The notes: generated by a model not told the origin, from the sequence alone. 64,000 bases of DNA from an archaeon (GCA_009992175.1 JAACWA010000010.1:16864-80863); one strand, 5' to 3'; positions 48,914 to 58,506 are shown, numbered from the stretch's first letter. A program made the numbers and translations.

Positions 48914-49414
48914 TTAGAAAATTTTTATCCATTTATTTTTTGGAATTGTTGAATCGTTGCAATGGTATACCTTATGGGTAACCTGATTAAACATCCCTTT
49001 AAGATCCATTCCAGTATTCAAGACTACTTCCTCTTCTTCAGGGGAAATTTTTAGTTGTGGGGGTTTAAACATCGTAGGAGAATATCCAAAACACCCTTTA
49101 AACTCATTCATTCCTTCTTCTAAATCCTCTTTTTTTATTTCGTTATTAAATTCTTCATAGGTATGGTGAATTCCATGCATTCCAATTGTTTTATTTAGGG
49201 ATAAAATTTCTTCACACCATTTTTCATTTTTTTCAATAGGATTGTTCTCAAAATTTGGGATAACCCACAAGATATTTGGATTATAAATTTCTAATTCTGG
49301 ACAGGAGATTCCCGGAGTTACATCATCTAATTCGGTAGGGCTTAAGAGACGAATCCATAAAAGAATAAAAATTAATAGAAGAGGAATTATCCAAAATAAA
49401 TGAACTCTTTTCAT
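48914..49414 (-). CDS. DUF2334 / polysaccharide deacetylase-like protein
   Basis: LDDV.P, VIP, GMHGIHH, FKPP; N-terminal TM. Confidence 0.8.
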   Translation of the reverse strand: MKRVHLFWIIPLLLIFILLWIRLLSPTELDDVTPGISCPELEIYNPNILWVIPNFENNPIEKNEKWCEEILSLNKTIGMHGIHHTYEEFNNEIKKEDLEEGMNEFKGCFGYSPTMFKPPQLKISPEEEEVVLNTGMDLKGMFNQVTHKVYHCNDSTIPKNKWIKIF

Positions 49415-49492
49415 TTCTAATTAAAGGATTATTAGGTTAAAAGAGTTTTTGTTCCCCTCAAATTTTAAAAACGCAGTTCTCTTTTGATTTTA

Positions 49493-50065
49493 ATGGAAAT
49501 GACAAAAAAAACCATCGATGAAATTGATTGGTCTAAGGAAAAAGAGAATATGAAATTAGTTGAAGCAATATTTTTTGTTTCAGGGCGTTTTTTATCTATG
49601 CAAGACTTGATTTCTCTTTCTAATTTAAATTCCCTAGTGATAAAAGAATCAATTGAAAAATTAAAAGATAAATATTCAAAAGAGGATTCAGCTCTTGAAA
49701 TTATTGAAAGAGACAATCTTTGGAAGATGGATGTAAGGCCGGAATATCACAATATAATAAACAAACTTGCTACAGGTTCTGCTGAATTTTCAAAGTCAGA
49801 ACAAGAAACACTTGCAATAATTGCATATAAACAACCAATAAAGCAATCCGTTATAATAAAAATAAGAGGAAATAAAGCTTATGACCATATTCATAAATTT
49901 GCTCAGCTAGGACTTATAAAAAGTAAAAAAGAAGGCCACACTAATCTTCTCACCCTTTCAGATGAATTCTATGATTATTTTAATGTTTCAACAGAGAGAA
50001 GAAATCCTCTGAAAAAAAATATAGAAAGTCTTGAAGAAGAGAGTGGTGGGCAGGAGGAAGAGTAG
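49493..50065 (+). CDS. scpB: SMC-Scp complex subunit ScpB
   Basis: VEAIFF.SG, ETLAIIAYKQPI, IRG, FYDYF. Confidence 0.93.
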   Translation: MEMTKKTIDEIDWSKEKENMKLVEAIFFVSGRFLSMQDLISLSNLNSLVIKESIEKLKDKYSKEDSALEIIERDNLWKMDVRPEYHNIINKLATGSAEFSKSEQETLAIIAYKQPIKQSVIIKIRGNKAYDHIHKFAQLGLIKSKKEGHTNLLTLSDEFYDYFNVSTERRNPLKKNIESLEEESGGQEEE

Positions 50066-51313
50066 ATGGATTTCATTACTTATGTTTATTTGGGATATAC
50101 TTTTATTTCATTGTATTTTTTATTTTTGTTTATTTTATTGTACTTGCAAGGAAAAAAAGAAATGCTTTTTACCCCTCTCTTGACAAAAAAATATTCAATT
50201 AGTTTTGTTGTTCCTTGTTATAATGAGGAATCAAGTATTGGTAAGACCATTGAAAACTTGGTGAATAATGGATATTCCAATTTGAAAAAAATAATTGTTG
50301 TTGATGATTGTTCAACGGACAATTCATATAATCTGATTAAAGAATACCAAAAAAAATATCCAAGATTAGTTCAGGCTGTCCAAACTCCAAAAAATACTGG
50401 AAATGCTGCTGGTGCTAAAAATTATGGAGCTCAATTTGTAAAGACTGAATTAATTGCTTTTACTGATGCGGATAGTTTTCCTGAGAAGGGATCTATTGAA
50501 AAAATGATTGGTTATTTTGATGATTCAGAAATGGGGGTTGTTGTTGGTTCAATTTTAGTTCAAAATAGGGGTAACTTTTTGACTAAGCTTCAGTATATTG
50601 AATATATTATTATTAAATTTTCTAGAAAATTAATGGAATTTATTGATGTTATTTTTGTTACTCCCGGACCTTTGGTAATTTATCGGAAGAAAATTTTTGA
50701 TAAAATTGGGGGGTTTGATGACAAGAATATGACTGAGGACTTGGAAATTACATGGAACATAATTTCTCATGGGTATAAGGTTAAAATGAATGCTCCAGCA
50801 AGGGTTTATACTATTGCTCCAGAAAAGTGGAAAGAATGGTTTAATCAAAGAATTAGGTGGAATGTAGGAGGATATCAGGCAATGATTAAGTATAGAAAAA
50901 GATATTTTGATTCTGGGATGTTAGGTTTTTTTATAATGCCTATGTTTCTTCTTTATTGGTTTATTAGTCTTTTTGGGTTAGCTTTAGTGGGGTATAGACT
51001 TCTTACTTGGGCAATTTCAAAGTATCTTTCATTTAGCTATTCTGCTCAAGGAAATGTTGCTTTAATTGCTTTAAATGAATTCTCCTTTAATCCAGATATT
51101 CTTTTTTTCTTTGGAATTTTTTTATTTGGATTTAGTATAGTTTTTACTTTATTAGGATACTTTGACCATAAAGAAGAAAGAAAAAATAGAAAAGGTTTTA
51201 AAAAACCAGGCTTCTTTATTATGTCAGTCTATATGATTGTTTACTTGGCGTTATATCCAGTAATAATGGTTATTTCAATGTATAGATTTTTTAGGAAGAA
51301 GATGGTTTGGTAG
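50066..51313 (+). CDS. processive GT2 glycosyltransferase (PgaC/IcaA/cellulose-synthase-like)
   Basis: VPCYNEE, VDDCSTD, DAD, TED, QRIRW, flanking TMs. Confidence 0.92.
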   Translation: MDFITYVYLGYTFISLYFLFLFILLYLQGKKEMLFTPLLTKKYSISFVVPCYNEESSIGKTIENLVNNGYSNLKKIIVVDDCSTDNSYNLIKEYQKKYPRLVQAVQTPKNTGNAAGAKNYGAQFVKTELIAFTDADSFPEKGSIEKMIGYFDDSEMGVVVGSILVQNRGNFLTKLQYIEYIIIKFSRKLMEFIDVIFVTPGPLVIYRKKIFDKIGGFDDKNMTEDLEITWNIISHGYKVKMNAPARVYTIAPEKWKEWFNQRIRWNVGGYQAMIKYRKRYFDSGMLGFFIMPMFLLYWFISLFGLALVGYRLLTWAISKYLSFSYSAQGNVALIALNEFSFNPDILFFFGIFLFGFSIVFTLLGYFDHKEERKNRKGFKKPGFFIMSVYMIVYLALYPVIMVISMYRFFRKKMVW

Positions 51314-51345
51314 TTTATTGGAAAAAACTGTAAAATTATAATAAA

Positions 51346-52023
51346 ATGGAAAGACAAAAAATAGAAAATAAAAAAATGAATAGAAAGTGGGTATTCTTTC
51401 AAGCATTTTTGTTGACGGTAGTTGTTTTAGTTATTGGTTTGTATGCCGGAATTTCTTTTGAAGAAGGTAGGTTTGAAAAGGTAAATGGTTATTATCTTCA
51501 ATCAGAGGTCTCTTTAGTAGATATTCTCGCTTTGAATAATTTAGTTGGGATGAGTGACCTTTCTTGTTTAGAACTTGAGAATGCAAATGTTGATTTATTA
51601 AATAGGGTTTATGAAGAGGCAAGTTTGCTTGATCAATATGAGGAATCGGGCAAATTGACCCAAAATTTGGTAACTTTTCATAAAAAATATGATATTTTAA
51701 GGACTTACTTATGGATAAATTCTATTAAAATAAAGGAAATTTGCCCCGATAAACTCCACACTTTGGTTTATCTGTATAATCATGATGAAGAAGATTTAAC
51801 TAAAAGGGCTGAGCAGAATGTATGGTCCAAACTCCTTCTCGAAATAAAAAATGAAAATCCTCATGCTGTTTTAATTTCAATAGCAAGGGATAGTAATTTA
51901 GTTTCTTTAAATTCTTTAATCGAACAATACAATATTACTAGTTTTCCAGCAGTAGTAGTTGATGAAAAATCTGTTTTTGAAAAAATTACTCCTAAGGAAG
52001 AAATTGTTAATTTGATTAATTAA
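51346..52023 (+). CDS. hypothetical membrane-anchored protein, thioredoxin-like C-terminus
   Basis: N-terminal TM; YNITSFPAVVVD cis-Pro-like motif, no CxxC. Confidence 0.7.
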   Translation: MERQKIENKKMNRKWVFFQAFLLTVVVLVIGLYAGISFEEGRFEKVNGYYLQSEVSLVDILALNNLVGMSDLSCLELENANVDLLNRVYEEASLLDQYEESGKLTQNLVTFHKKYDILRTYLWINSIKIKEICPDKLHTLVYLYNHDEEDLTKRAEQNVWSKLLLEIKNENPHAVLISIARDSNLVSLNSLIEQYNITSFPAVVVDEKSVFEKITPKEEIVNLIN

Positions 52024-52072
52024 TCAAATTAAACACAATAATCTTAAAAAAGAGGTTAATTGTTCTTTATTT

Positions 52073-52837
52073 ATGAATGAGTGTTATTTATGTGGTGTAA
52101 CTAAGGATAAGGCAGTTTTGTATGAGGGAATATACAAATCTAGGGGAATTATACATGTTTGTCGTAAGTGTTATTTTAAGGAAAAAATTCCGTTAGTTGA
52201 TAAAAAAGATATCAAAATAGAGAGAAAAAATTCTCATGAAAGTGTAAGGGAAAGACTCTCTAGGATGGCTCATGTTGATGTTCCAAGGCACGAGGAAAAG
52301 AAAATGACTTTTAATCAGGAAGATGTCCATCTAAAAGATATAATTGAGAAAAATTTTAAGAGGGAACTTGATTCTAGTACTAGAGCTCCAGAAGATTTAA
52401 TTGATAATTTTAATTGGGTAATCATGAGAAAAAGACGTTCTTTAAAAATTTCCAAAGAGAAAGTTGCAGAAGACCTTTTTGAACCCCTTATTGCTATTGA
52501 AAGTTTAGAAAAAGGAATTCTTCCAAGGGATTACAAATCAATTATAAAGAAAATTGAAAATTATTTAAGAATAAACTTAAGAAAGAATAAGGAAGAAATT
52601 GATCACAAAGATATAATAAATGAATCAAGAATTCCAAGTGGAATCTTAGTTTCAGACTTAAAGAAAAAATCTGAAGAAAAGAGAGAGGATTATATTGATG
52701 CAAGTAATTTAGATTTGGAGAGAATAAACGAAATTTATGGAACTCCAGCTGAAAACTCCAAAAAAGAAAATTCTGACAAAAAAACTAAAACAGATTTGGA
52801 TGATGAAGATATTTCAAAACTTATCTGGGGAAAGTAA
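52073..52837 (+). CDS. aMBF1-like zinc-ribbon + HTH protein
   Basis: CYLCG...VCRKC, LIDNF..VIMRKRR, LEKG.LP, KIENYL. Confidence 0.75.
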   Translation: MNECYLCGVTKDKAVLYEGIYKSRGIIHVCRKCYFKEKIPLVDKKDIKIERKNSHESVRERLSRMAHVDVPRHEEKKMTFNQEDVHLKDIIEKNFKRELDSSTRAPEDLIDNFNWVIMRKRRSLKISKEKVAEDLFEPLIAIESLEKGILPRDYKSIIKKIENYLRINLRKNKEEIDHKDIINESRIPSGILVSDLKKKSEEKREDYIDASNLDLERINEIYGTPAENSKKENSDKKTKTDLDDEDISKLIWGK

Positions 52838-52885
52838 TCAGTTTATCTCAATAATTCTTATAAATTGTTTTAGTTAATCATTTCT

Positions 52886-53143
52886 ATGGCTCAAGAAGGT
52901 TGTCAATATAAGGAATTTTGCGAGGCTTACAAAAATGAATTTCGAGGTCCAGTAATAAATCCTCACTTTAAAGAATTTTGTGAATCAACTTCAAATCCAT
53001 ATCTTGGACCAAGTCTTTGCCCAATTTATAATATTTATTCTAGAGTTTTTGAGGTTATGTCAAATGAGTTGGATAGAATGAATAATGATTTGGAGAATCT
53101 CCTTTTTAAATTGGAAGATACAAATTCAAAAATAAGAGATTAA
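52886..53143 (+). CDS. hypothetical Cys-containing orphan protein carrying the mnmA-antisense 38-mer
   Basis: 85 aa, C..KEFCE..KEFCE..LCP; TTATAAA ~25 nt upstream. Confidence 0.65.
   Translation: MAQEGCQYKEFCEAYKNEFRGPVINPHFKEFCESTSNPYLGPSLCPIYNIYSRVFEVMSNELDRMNNDLENLLFKLEDTNSKIRD
52987..53024 (+). repeat. 38-bp exact repeat, copy 2
   Basis: Identical to 23172-23209. Confidence 0.95.
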
Positions 53144-53185
53144 TCCAAACCAAACCTTTATAAATCTAAATTGGAATTTTAACAT

Positions 53186-53449
53186 ATGGAAATAAAAGTA
53201 TTAAAAAGGGAAAAAAATGAGATTGAAGCACAGTTTGATAATTTGACTTTTCCTGAACTTTTAAGGGTTTACTTGAATAAAGATTCTGCAGTTACTTTTG
53301 CTGCTTGGAAGAAAGAGCATGCAACTATGAATCCAGTACTTCTTGTTAAAACAAAAGGAAAGGATGTAAAGGCTGTTTTTGAAAAGGCAGTAAATGAGAT
53401 TATGAAAGATTTAGAGAAAATTGAAAGTGATTTTAAAGCTTTGAAGTAA
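53186..53449 (+). CDS. rpoL: RNA polymerase subunit Rpo11 (L)
   Basis: LLRVYL..D..V.FAAWKKEH; size and pattern of RpoL/Rpb11. Confidence 0.88.
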   Translation: MEIKVLKREKNEIEAQFDNLTFPELLRVYLNKDSAVTFAAWKKEHATMNPVLLVKTKGKDVKAVFEKAVNEIMKDLEKIESDFKALK

Positions 53450-53491
53450 TTATCTAAATACTTATTAATTCTTTTTTGTGTTATTATTTTT

Positions 53492-54223
53492 ATGGAAGAA
53501 AATACTAAAATATCTACAGGAAGTTTTGATTTTAATGATTGGCTTAATGGGGGATATGAAAAAGGAGTTATTACCATGGTTGTTGGACCTCCTGGTTCCG
53601 GAAAAAGTAATTTATCAGTTCTTGCTGCATGTAGTCAAGCAAGAGAAAAAAAAGTAATTTTTGTGGATACTGAAGGAGGATTTTCAGTTGAGAGGGTGAA
53701 ACAGATTGTTGGAGAAGAGAATTCTGAAAAAATTTTAGAAAACATTCTAATTTTGAATCCAACTAATTTTTTAGAGCAGAAAAAATCTTTTTCTAAGATA
53801 CTTGAGAATATGAAAGGGGATGAAGTTGGATTAATTGTTGTTGATTCTATGGCTATGCTTTACAGACTAGAACTTGGCGATGCAATCGAAGAGGACGAAG
53901 AAGAAAAAATAAAAGAAGTTAATCGTGATGTTGCAAGACAGATGAGAACACTTGTTGAGATTTCAAGAAAAAAGAATATTCCAGTATTAATTACAAATCA
54001 AGTTTATGGAAGTTTTTTATCTTTTGAAGACATAAAAAATGGTGTTGAAAAAGAAATGAATATTGTTGGAGGAGATTTGTTTAAATATTGGAGTAAATGT
54101 ATCATTGAATTAAAGGGTGGAAGGACAAGAAAAGCTGTCCTTTTAAAACATAGAAGTCTTGACAAAAAAGATTTTCCTTTTGAAATTAGGAATGAAGGAC
54201 TTTTCAAGAAAGGATTATTTTGA
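53492..54223 (+). CDS. radB: DNA repair protein RadB
   Basis: GPPGSGKS, VDTEGGFS, VVDS, TNQV, KHRS. Confidence 0.95.
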   Translation: MEENTKISTGSFDFNDWLNGGYEKGVITMVVGPPGSGKSNLSVLAACSQAREKKVIFVDTEGGFSVERVKQIVGEENSEKILENILILNPTNFLEQKKSFSKILENMKGDEVGLIVVDSMAMLYRLELGDAIEEDEEEKIKEVNRDVARQMRTLVEISRKKNIPVLITNQVYGSFLSFEDIKNGVEKEMNIVGGDLFKYWSKCIIELKGGRTRKAVLLKHRSLDKKDFPFEIRNEGLFKKGLF

Positions 54224-54457
54224 TTTTATTATTAGGTGTGAAATTAGGTATGAAGCCAAAATTCCCCCAATAAGGATTAAATAATTAATTTGGTGTATGT
54301 AGGGAAATCCCCATAAAGCATATATCAAAAATGAGCCCAAATTCACAGAATCGCATGGGGCCATGATGCACCTTACCCCATTGTCATAATTTATGAAAGG
54401 GATAAAAATTGCAAAAATTAAAACTGAAATTAATATTCTTTTGAAAATGATTTTCAT
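54215..54457 (-). CDS. hypothetical membrane protein
   Basis: Hydrophobic, CIMAPC loop. Confidence 0.6.
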   Translation of the reverse strand: MKIIFKRILISVLIFAIFIPFINYDNGVRCIMAPCDSVNLGSFLIYALWGFPYIHQINYLILIGGILASYLISHLIIKSK

Positions 54458-54572
54458 GTTAGTGGGAGTAATTTTTTCTATTTAAACTTTTTTAAGACTT
54501 CAATCTTAGTTGAAGTTTTATCACAACATAGTAACTCAAAATCCATATAAACATCTGAAGTCTAATTAAAAT

Positions 54573-55775
54573 ATGGGGGAGGTGAAATTTGGGGCTGTTG
54601 AAAAGTTAAGCAAACTTAATTTTAAATCAAGAAATTTAATTAATCTTTCAAAATTTGAAGGAGCAACACCGCCCACTGTTTTTATTGGATCCCAATTAAA
54701 GTATCCTTTAGTAAATGTAGGTATTTTGTCTCCTATTGAAAAGGTTGATGATGCGAGTGTTTTTGATAGTCCAAAAAACTGGGCTAAAGACAATTTTTCT
54801 ATTGAAGAGGTTATTGGTTTAAGAGAAAATTTACTTAATTCTAGATTTCAATCAAACGTACTTGATGTAAGACTTAATAAAAAATTTACTGAAATTGCTA
54901 AAGAAATTGCTCTTTCTCAAACTCCCGTTGATATTGAAGTTGAACTTAAGAGTAAAATTAATTTTGGTAAGAATTCTGACAGGGTATTAACTCCTCATGG
55001 TATGAGGGCTGAACTGAAAAATGCAAGAGTAACTGGAAACGTTAAGATTGATAAAAAAATTGATAGAGTTATGAGTGATGAAATAAAATCTAATGAAGGA
55101 ATAAATTATTTATATAATTCTGGAATAAATGAGTACAGTTTATCTAAAATTTTAAGTGTGGGAGTTCTGGGTTTAAAAAAAGACAAAAAAATGGTTCCAA
55201 CAAGATGGAGTATAACTGCAACGGATGACATCATTTCAAAAGAGATTCTAAAAAAAGTAAAAGGATATAAATGGATTGAAAAAGATACTCTTTTTTTTGG
55301 AGAATATCTTGGAAATCAATATTTAATTTATCTTTTTCCTAATATTTGGAGTTATGAGCTTTTTGAAATTTATTATCCAGGTTCAAGTTGGAATTCTGGA
55401 GGAGAAATTAAAGCTTCTACCGATTCTGAAGGATATAATGGAAGAACTAATTATGCTAAAAACTGTGCAGGAGGATATTATGCCACAAGGCTACCTATTT
55501 TAGAATATTTAGATTCAATAAAAAGACAAGCAGGAGTATTAGTAATTAGACTTGAAACTCCTAGTTATTGGGCTAGTCTTGGAGTGTGGGTTGTAAGAGA
55601 GAGTGTAAGGAAATCCTTTAAAGATTTTTTTGAATTTGATACTCGTGAAGATTTATTAAAAAATGCGAAAAAAATTGCTTTAGAAAAATTTGATTTTGAT
55701 CCAGAATTTATTTATCAAAAAAGTAATTTACTTAGAATATATGGAACTCAAAAAAATCTTTTGAATTGGTTTTGA
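54573..55775 (+). CDS. nreA: DNA repair protein NreA
   Basis: PPTVFIG...YP.VNVG, VPTRWSITATDD, GGYYA, LGVWVVRE, C-terminal PIP box QKNLLNWF. Confidence 0.93.
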   Translation: MGEVKFGAVEKLSKLNFKSRNLINLSKFEGATPPTVFIGSQLKYPLVNVGILSPIEKVDDASVFDSPKNWAKDNFSIEEVIGLRENLLNSRFQSNVLDVRLNKKFTEIAKEIALSQTPVDIEVELKSKINFGKNSDRVLTPHGMRAELKNARVTGNVKIDKKIDRVMSDEIKSNEGINYLYNSGINEYSLSKILSVGVLGLKKDKKMVPTRWSITATDDIISKEILKKVKGYKWIEKDTLFFGEYLGNQYLIYLFPNIWSYELFEIYYPGSSWNSGGEIKASTDSEGYNGRTNYAKNCAGGYYATRLPILEYLDSIKRQAGVLVIRLETPSYWASLGVWVVRESVRKSFKDFFEFDTREDLLKNAKKIALEKFDFDPEFIYQKSNLLRIYGTQKNLLNWF

Positions 55776-55828
55776 AAACCTTTTTAACCTTTAAAAACTT
55801 AATTTTCATAAGAAGGAGGTTGATTGAA

Positions 55829-56014
55829 ATGCATTATACTAATGGTTTTTTGGCACTTGTTGCTTTAATATTTGCAATTTGGACTACAAGTTATTCTAAT
55901 ATTGTAATAATTGTTGCAACTGCTTTGATTTTAATTCATGAAATTTCACATATCTCTGGAATGTGTAGTTGTGGACCAAAGATGTCAAAAAAGACTACTA
56001 AATCAAAAAAATAA
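55829..56014 (+). CDS. small two-TM protein
   Basis: AGGAGGT SD before ATG 55829; two TMs, CSC and Lys-rich tail. Confidence 0.7.
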   Translation: MHYTNGFLALVALIFAIWTTSYSNIVIIVATALILIHEISHISGMCSCGPKMSKKTTKSKK

Positions 56015-56018
56015 GTTC

Positions 56019-58448
56019 TTAATTTTTCTTTTCTTCTAATTTTTCTTTATATTTTTTAATTCTTTCTTTGTTTGTTTTGCATTCAGTATTAAAACAGAAT
56101 ATCCAAGGTCTTTTTCCTTTTTGGAGAGTCATTAAAAGAGGAAATCCACATTTTTCACAATTTTTTCCAGTTTGATTTATTTTTCCATAGGGTGGAAGTG
56201 AATAGGTATTCTTACATTTAGGGTATCCTGAACATGCAATGAAAAATTTTCTGTTTTTTGGAGAATAGGTTATTCTCAATTTATCTTTTTTACAAAGGGG
56301 ACATAAATTAAGAGTATTTTCTTCTCTTTCTATTTCTATTTGTTCTTCTCGTGCATTCATTAATTCTCTTCCAATTAATCCTTCCTTTTTTTCAAATTCT
56401 TTTGCAATTTTTATAATTGCCTCTTTAGCTTTTTCCAAAATCTTATCTTCTTTTTCAAGAAGTTCGGGAGTTGTTTTTTGACTTGTTTCAACAATTTCAT
56501 CCATTTCATCTTGCAATTCTTTAGTTAATTTTTCGTCAATTATAATTGGAGAATATTTCTCAAGAGTATTTATTAGTGAGATTCCGAGTGCAGTTGCTTC
56601 AATTGATCTTCCTTTCACATATCCCCTGTCAAAGAGAGTTTCAAGAATTGCTGCACGAGTAGCTTTTGTACCCAGATTTCTTTTTTCGAGTTCAGACAAG
56701 ATTGAGGCAGGAGAATATCTTTTTGGAGGTTGAGTTTCTTTTTCTTCTATTCTTTTTTTAGAAATATTTTTTTCTCCATTTACATCAGGAATTTCTCTTT
56801 CATTAGATTTTGTGGGATAGAATTCCATCCATGATTTTTTTCTTATGTGATAACCTGAAGTTGAAAAAGTTAAGTCTTCAATTTTACCCGAAATTCTTTT
56901 TCTATCAATTATTGCTTCATCACAAAAAAGAGCTAAAAATCTTTTTACAATTAATTCATAAATTTTTTCTTCATGTCCTGTGAGAATTTGTTTGTTTCCA
57001 GTAGGGTATATTGAGGGGTGCGCAGGATCTGTTTTCTTTCCTTCAATTGGTTTGTCTTTAGTGATTAGTTTTGAAACTTTATACCTTACCTTTAAAATTT
57101 CAAGGATTGATTTATAATCTACAGAAGAGGGTAATTTTTGTGAGGAAGTTCTAGGATAAGAGATTAATCCAGCAAGGTAAAGTGATTGAGCTGCCTTAAG
57201 GGTATTTGAAGGAGTTATTCCATATAATTTATAACTTTCAGTTTGAAGACTGGTTAAATCAAATGGAGGTCCAGGAGGAACATTTTGGGTAGTTTTTTTT
57301 GTTTCAATGTTTATCTTTTCCCCTACTAATTCATTTAATTTATCTAATTCATCTTTAGAAAAAAAATCTTTTGTGCATTTAAGTTCAAGTTCGGGATTTT
57401 CAATTTCTATGTATAATTGCCAATATTTTTCTTTTTTAAATTTTTGAATTTCTCTTTCTTTCTCGACAATTAATTTTAAAGAGGGACCTTGGACTCTCCC
57501 AATGGACATTATTTTAAATTTTCCAGTAGTTTTTATGGCATTCATTAATGCACGAGATAAATTTATTCCATAGAACCAATCTAGGTAATGCCTTGATTCT
57601 CCTGCAACTGCTTGTCCCCAATTAAGGTGGGAGTTTTTATTTTCATAAGCCTCATTTAGTTCTTTGGGAGTAAGTGTAGAAAATTTCATACGGCTAGCAT
57701 CTTTTTGATTGCAAATTAGTTTTACTACATTTTTTCCAATTACTTCTCCTTCAACATCAAAGTCTGTTGCAACTGTAATTGAACCCGCATTTTTTGCAAG
57801 TTTAAGAAGGGTATCATAGTATTTTTTGGTGAAATCATTTTTTTTAACCATATAATTTGGAACCCACGAAATATCAAACATTGGAACACTAGAACCGGGA
57901 ATATTTTGTTTAAGTGTGAACAAATGTCCTACCGCACATGCAACTATTATCTTTTTTCCTTTTCTATCAATTTCATAATATGGAACTCCCCTCAAGATTT
58001 CTCTTTTTGTTGCAACTCCAAGTGCATTTGAGATTTTTAATGCTGCTTGAGGTTTTTCAGTAATTATTAATTCATATCCTTCTTTTTTTAAAAGGATTTT
58101 TGGAGTTACATAAACTTCAGATTTAGTTGTGGTTTTTTTATTCTTTTTTGTTATTTTTTTCTTAGGAATTTTTTTTCTTGTTCCTCTTGTTTTCTTTTCC
58201 AAATTTCCTTCTTTTTCTATTGTTACTAATTCCTCTTTTAAGGGTTTTGAAGAAAAAATTTCAGTTGTTTTAGATTTGAATTCGTTTTTTGGATTGTAAT
58301 CTTTTACTTTTTTTTCTGTAACATACCTAAGCATTTCTTCACGATTTTCATTATTTTTAACCGTTTTTTCAGTTGTTTTTTTGAAATCAATGTTTGACCT
58401 GAAAAAAGATTCACTTGCTTTCTCTTGACTTGATTTTCTTTTTACCAT
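56019..58448 (-). CDS. topA: type IA DNA topoisomerase with long basic N-terminal extension
   Basis: ITEKP, GHL, ATDFDVEGE, SIGRVQ, ISYPRT, LGTKATR, C-terminal Zn ribbons. Confidence 0.96.
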   Translation of the reverse strand: MVKRKSSQEKASESFFRSNIDFKKTTEKTVKNNENREEMLRYVTEKKVKDYNPKNEFKSKTTEIFSSKPLKEELVTIEKEGNLEKKTRGTRKKIPKKKITKKNKKTTTKSEVYVTPKILLKKEGYELIITEKPQAALKISNALGVATKREILRGVPYYEIDRKGKKIIVACAVGHLFTLKQNIPGSSVPMFDISWVPNYMVKKNDFTKKYYDTLLKLAKNAGSITVATDFDVEGEVIGKNVVKLICNQKDASRMKFSTLTPKELNEAYENKNSHLNWGQAVAGESRHYLDWFYGINLSRALMNAIKTTGKFKIMSIGRVQGPSLKLIVEKEREIQKFKKEKYWQLYIEIENPELELKCTKDFFSKDELDKLNELVGEKINIETKKTTQNVPPGPPFDLTSLQTESYKLYGITPSNTLKAAQSLYLAGLISYPRTSSQKLPSSVDYKSILEILKVRYKVSKLITKDKPIEGKKTDPAHPSIYPTGNKQILTGHEEKIYELIVKRFLALFCDEAIIDRKRISGKIEDLTFSTSGYHIRKKSWMEFYPTKSNEREIPDVNGEKNISKKRIEEKETQPPKRYSPASILSELEKRNLGTKATRAAILETLFDRGYVKGRSIEATALGISLINTLEKYSPIIIDEKLTKELQDEMDEIVETSQKTTPELLEKEDKILEKAKEAIIKIAKEFEKKEGLIGRELMNAREEQIEIEREENTLNLCPLCKKDKLRITYSPKNRKFFIACSGYPKCKNTYSLPPYGKINQTGKNCEKCGFPLLMTLQKGKRPWIFCFNTECKTNKERIKKYKEKLEEKKN

Positions 58449-58457
58449 TTTTTCTTG

Positions 58458-58506
58458 TTTTTTAAAAGAATCCCTTATTATTATATTTTTTTAAAAGAAT
58501 CTCTTA
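58458..58506. repeat. tandem 20-bp near-identical repeat upstream of topA
   Basis: TTTTTTAAAAGAATCCCTTA (58458-58477) vs TTTTTTAAAAGAATCTCTTA (58487-58506). Confidence 0.75.

Noticed and set aside
49493..50065. scpB without smc/scpA as a novel system
   Set aside because: Genes are scattered in this genome, so partners are probably outside the window.
23172..53024. CRISPR array or DGR template/variable repeat interpretation of the 38-mer
   Set aside because: No flanking direct repeats, no cas or RT gene, and no adenine-specific mismatches.
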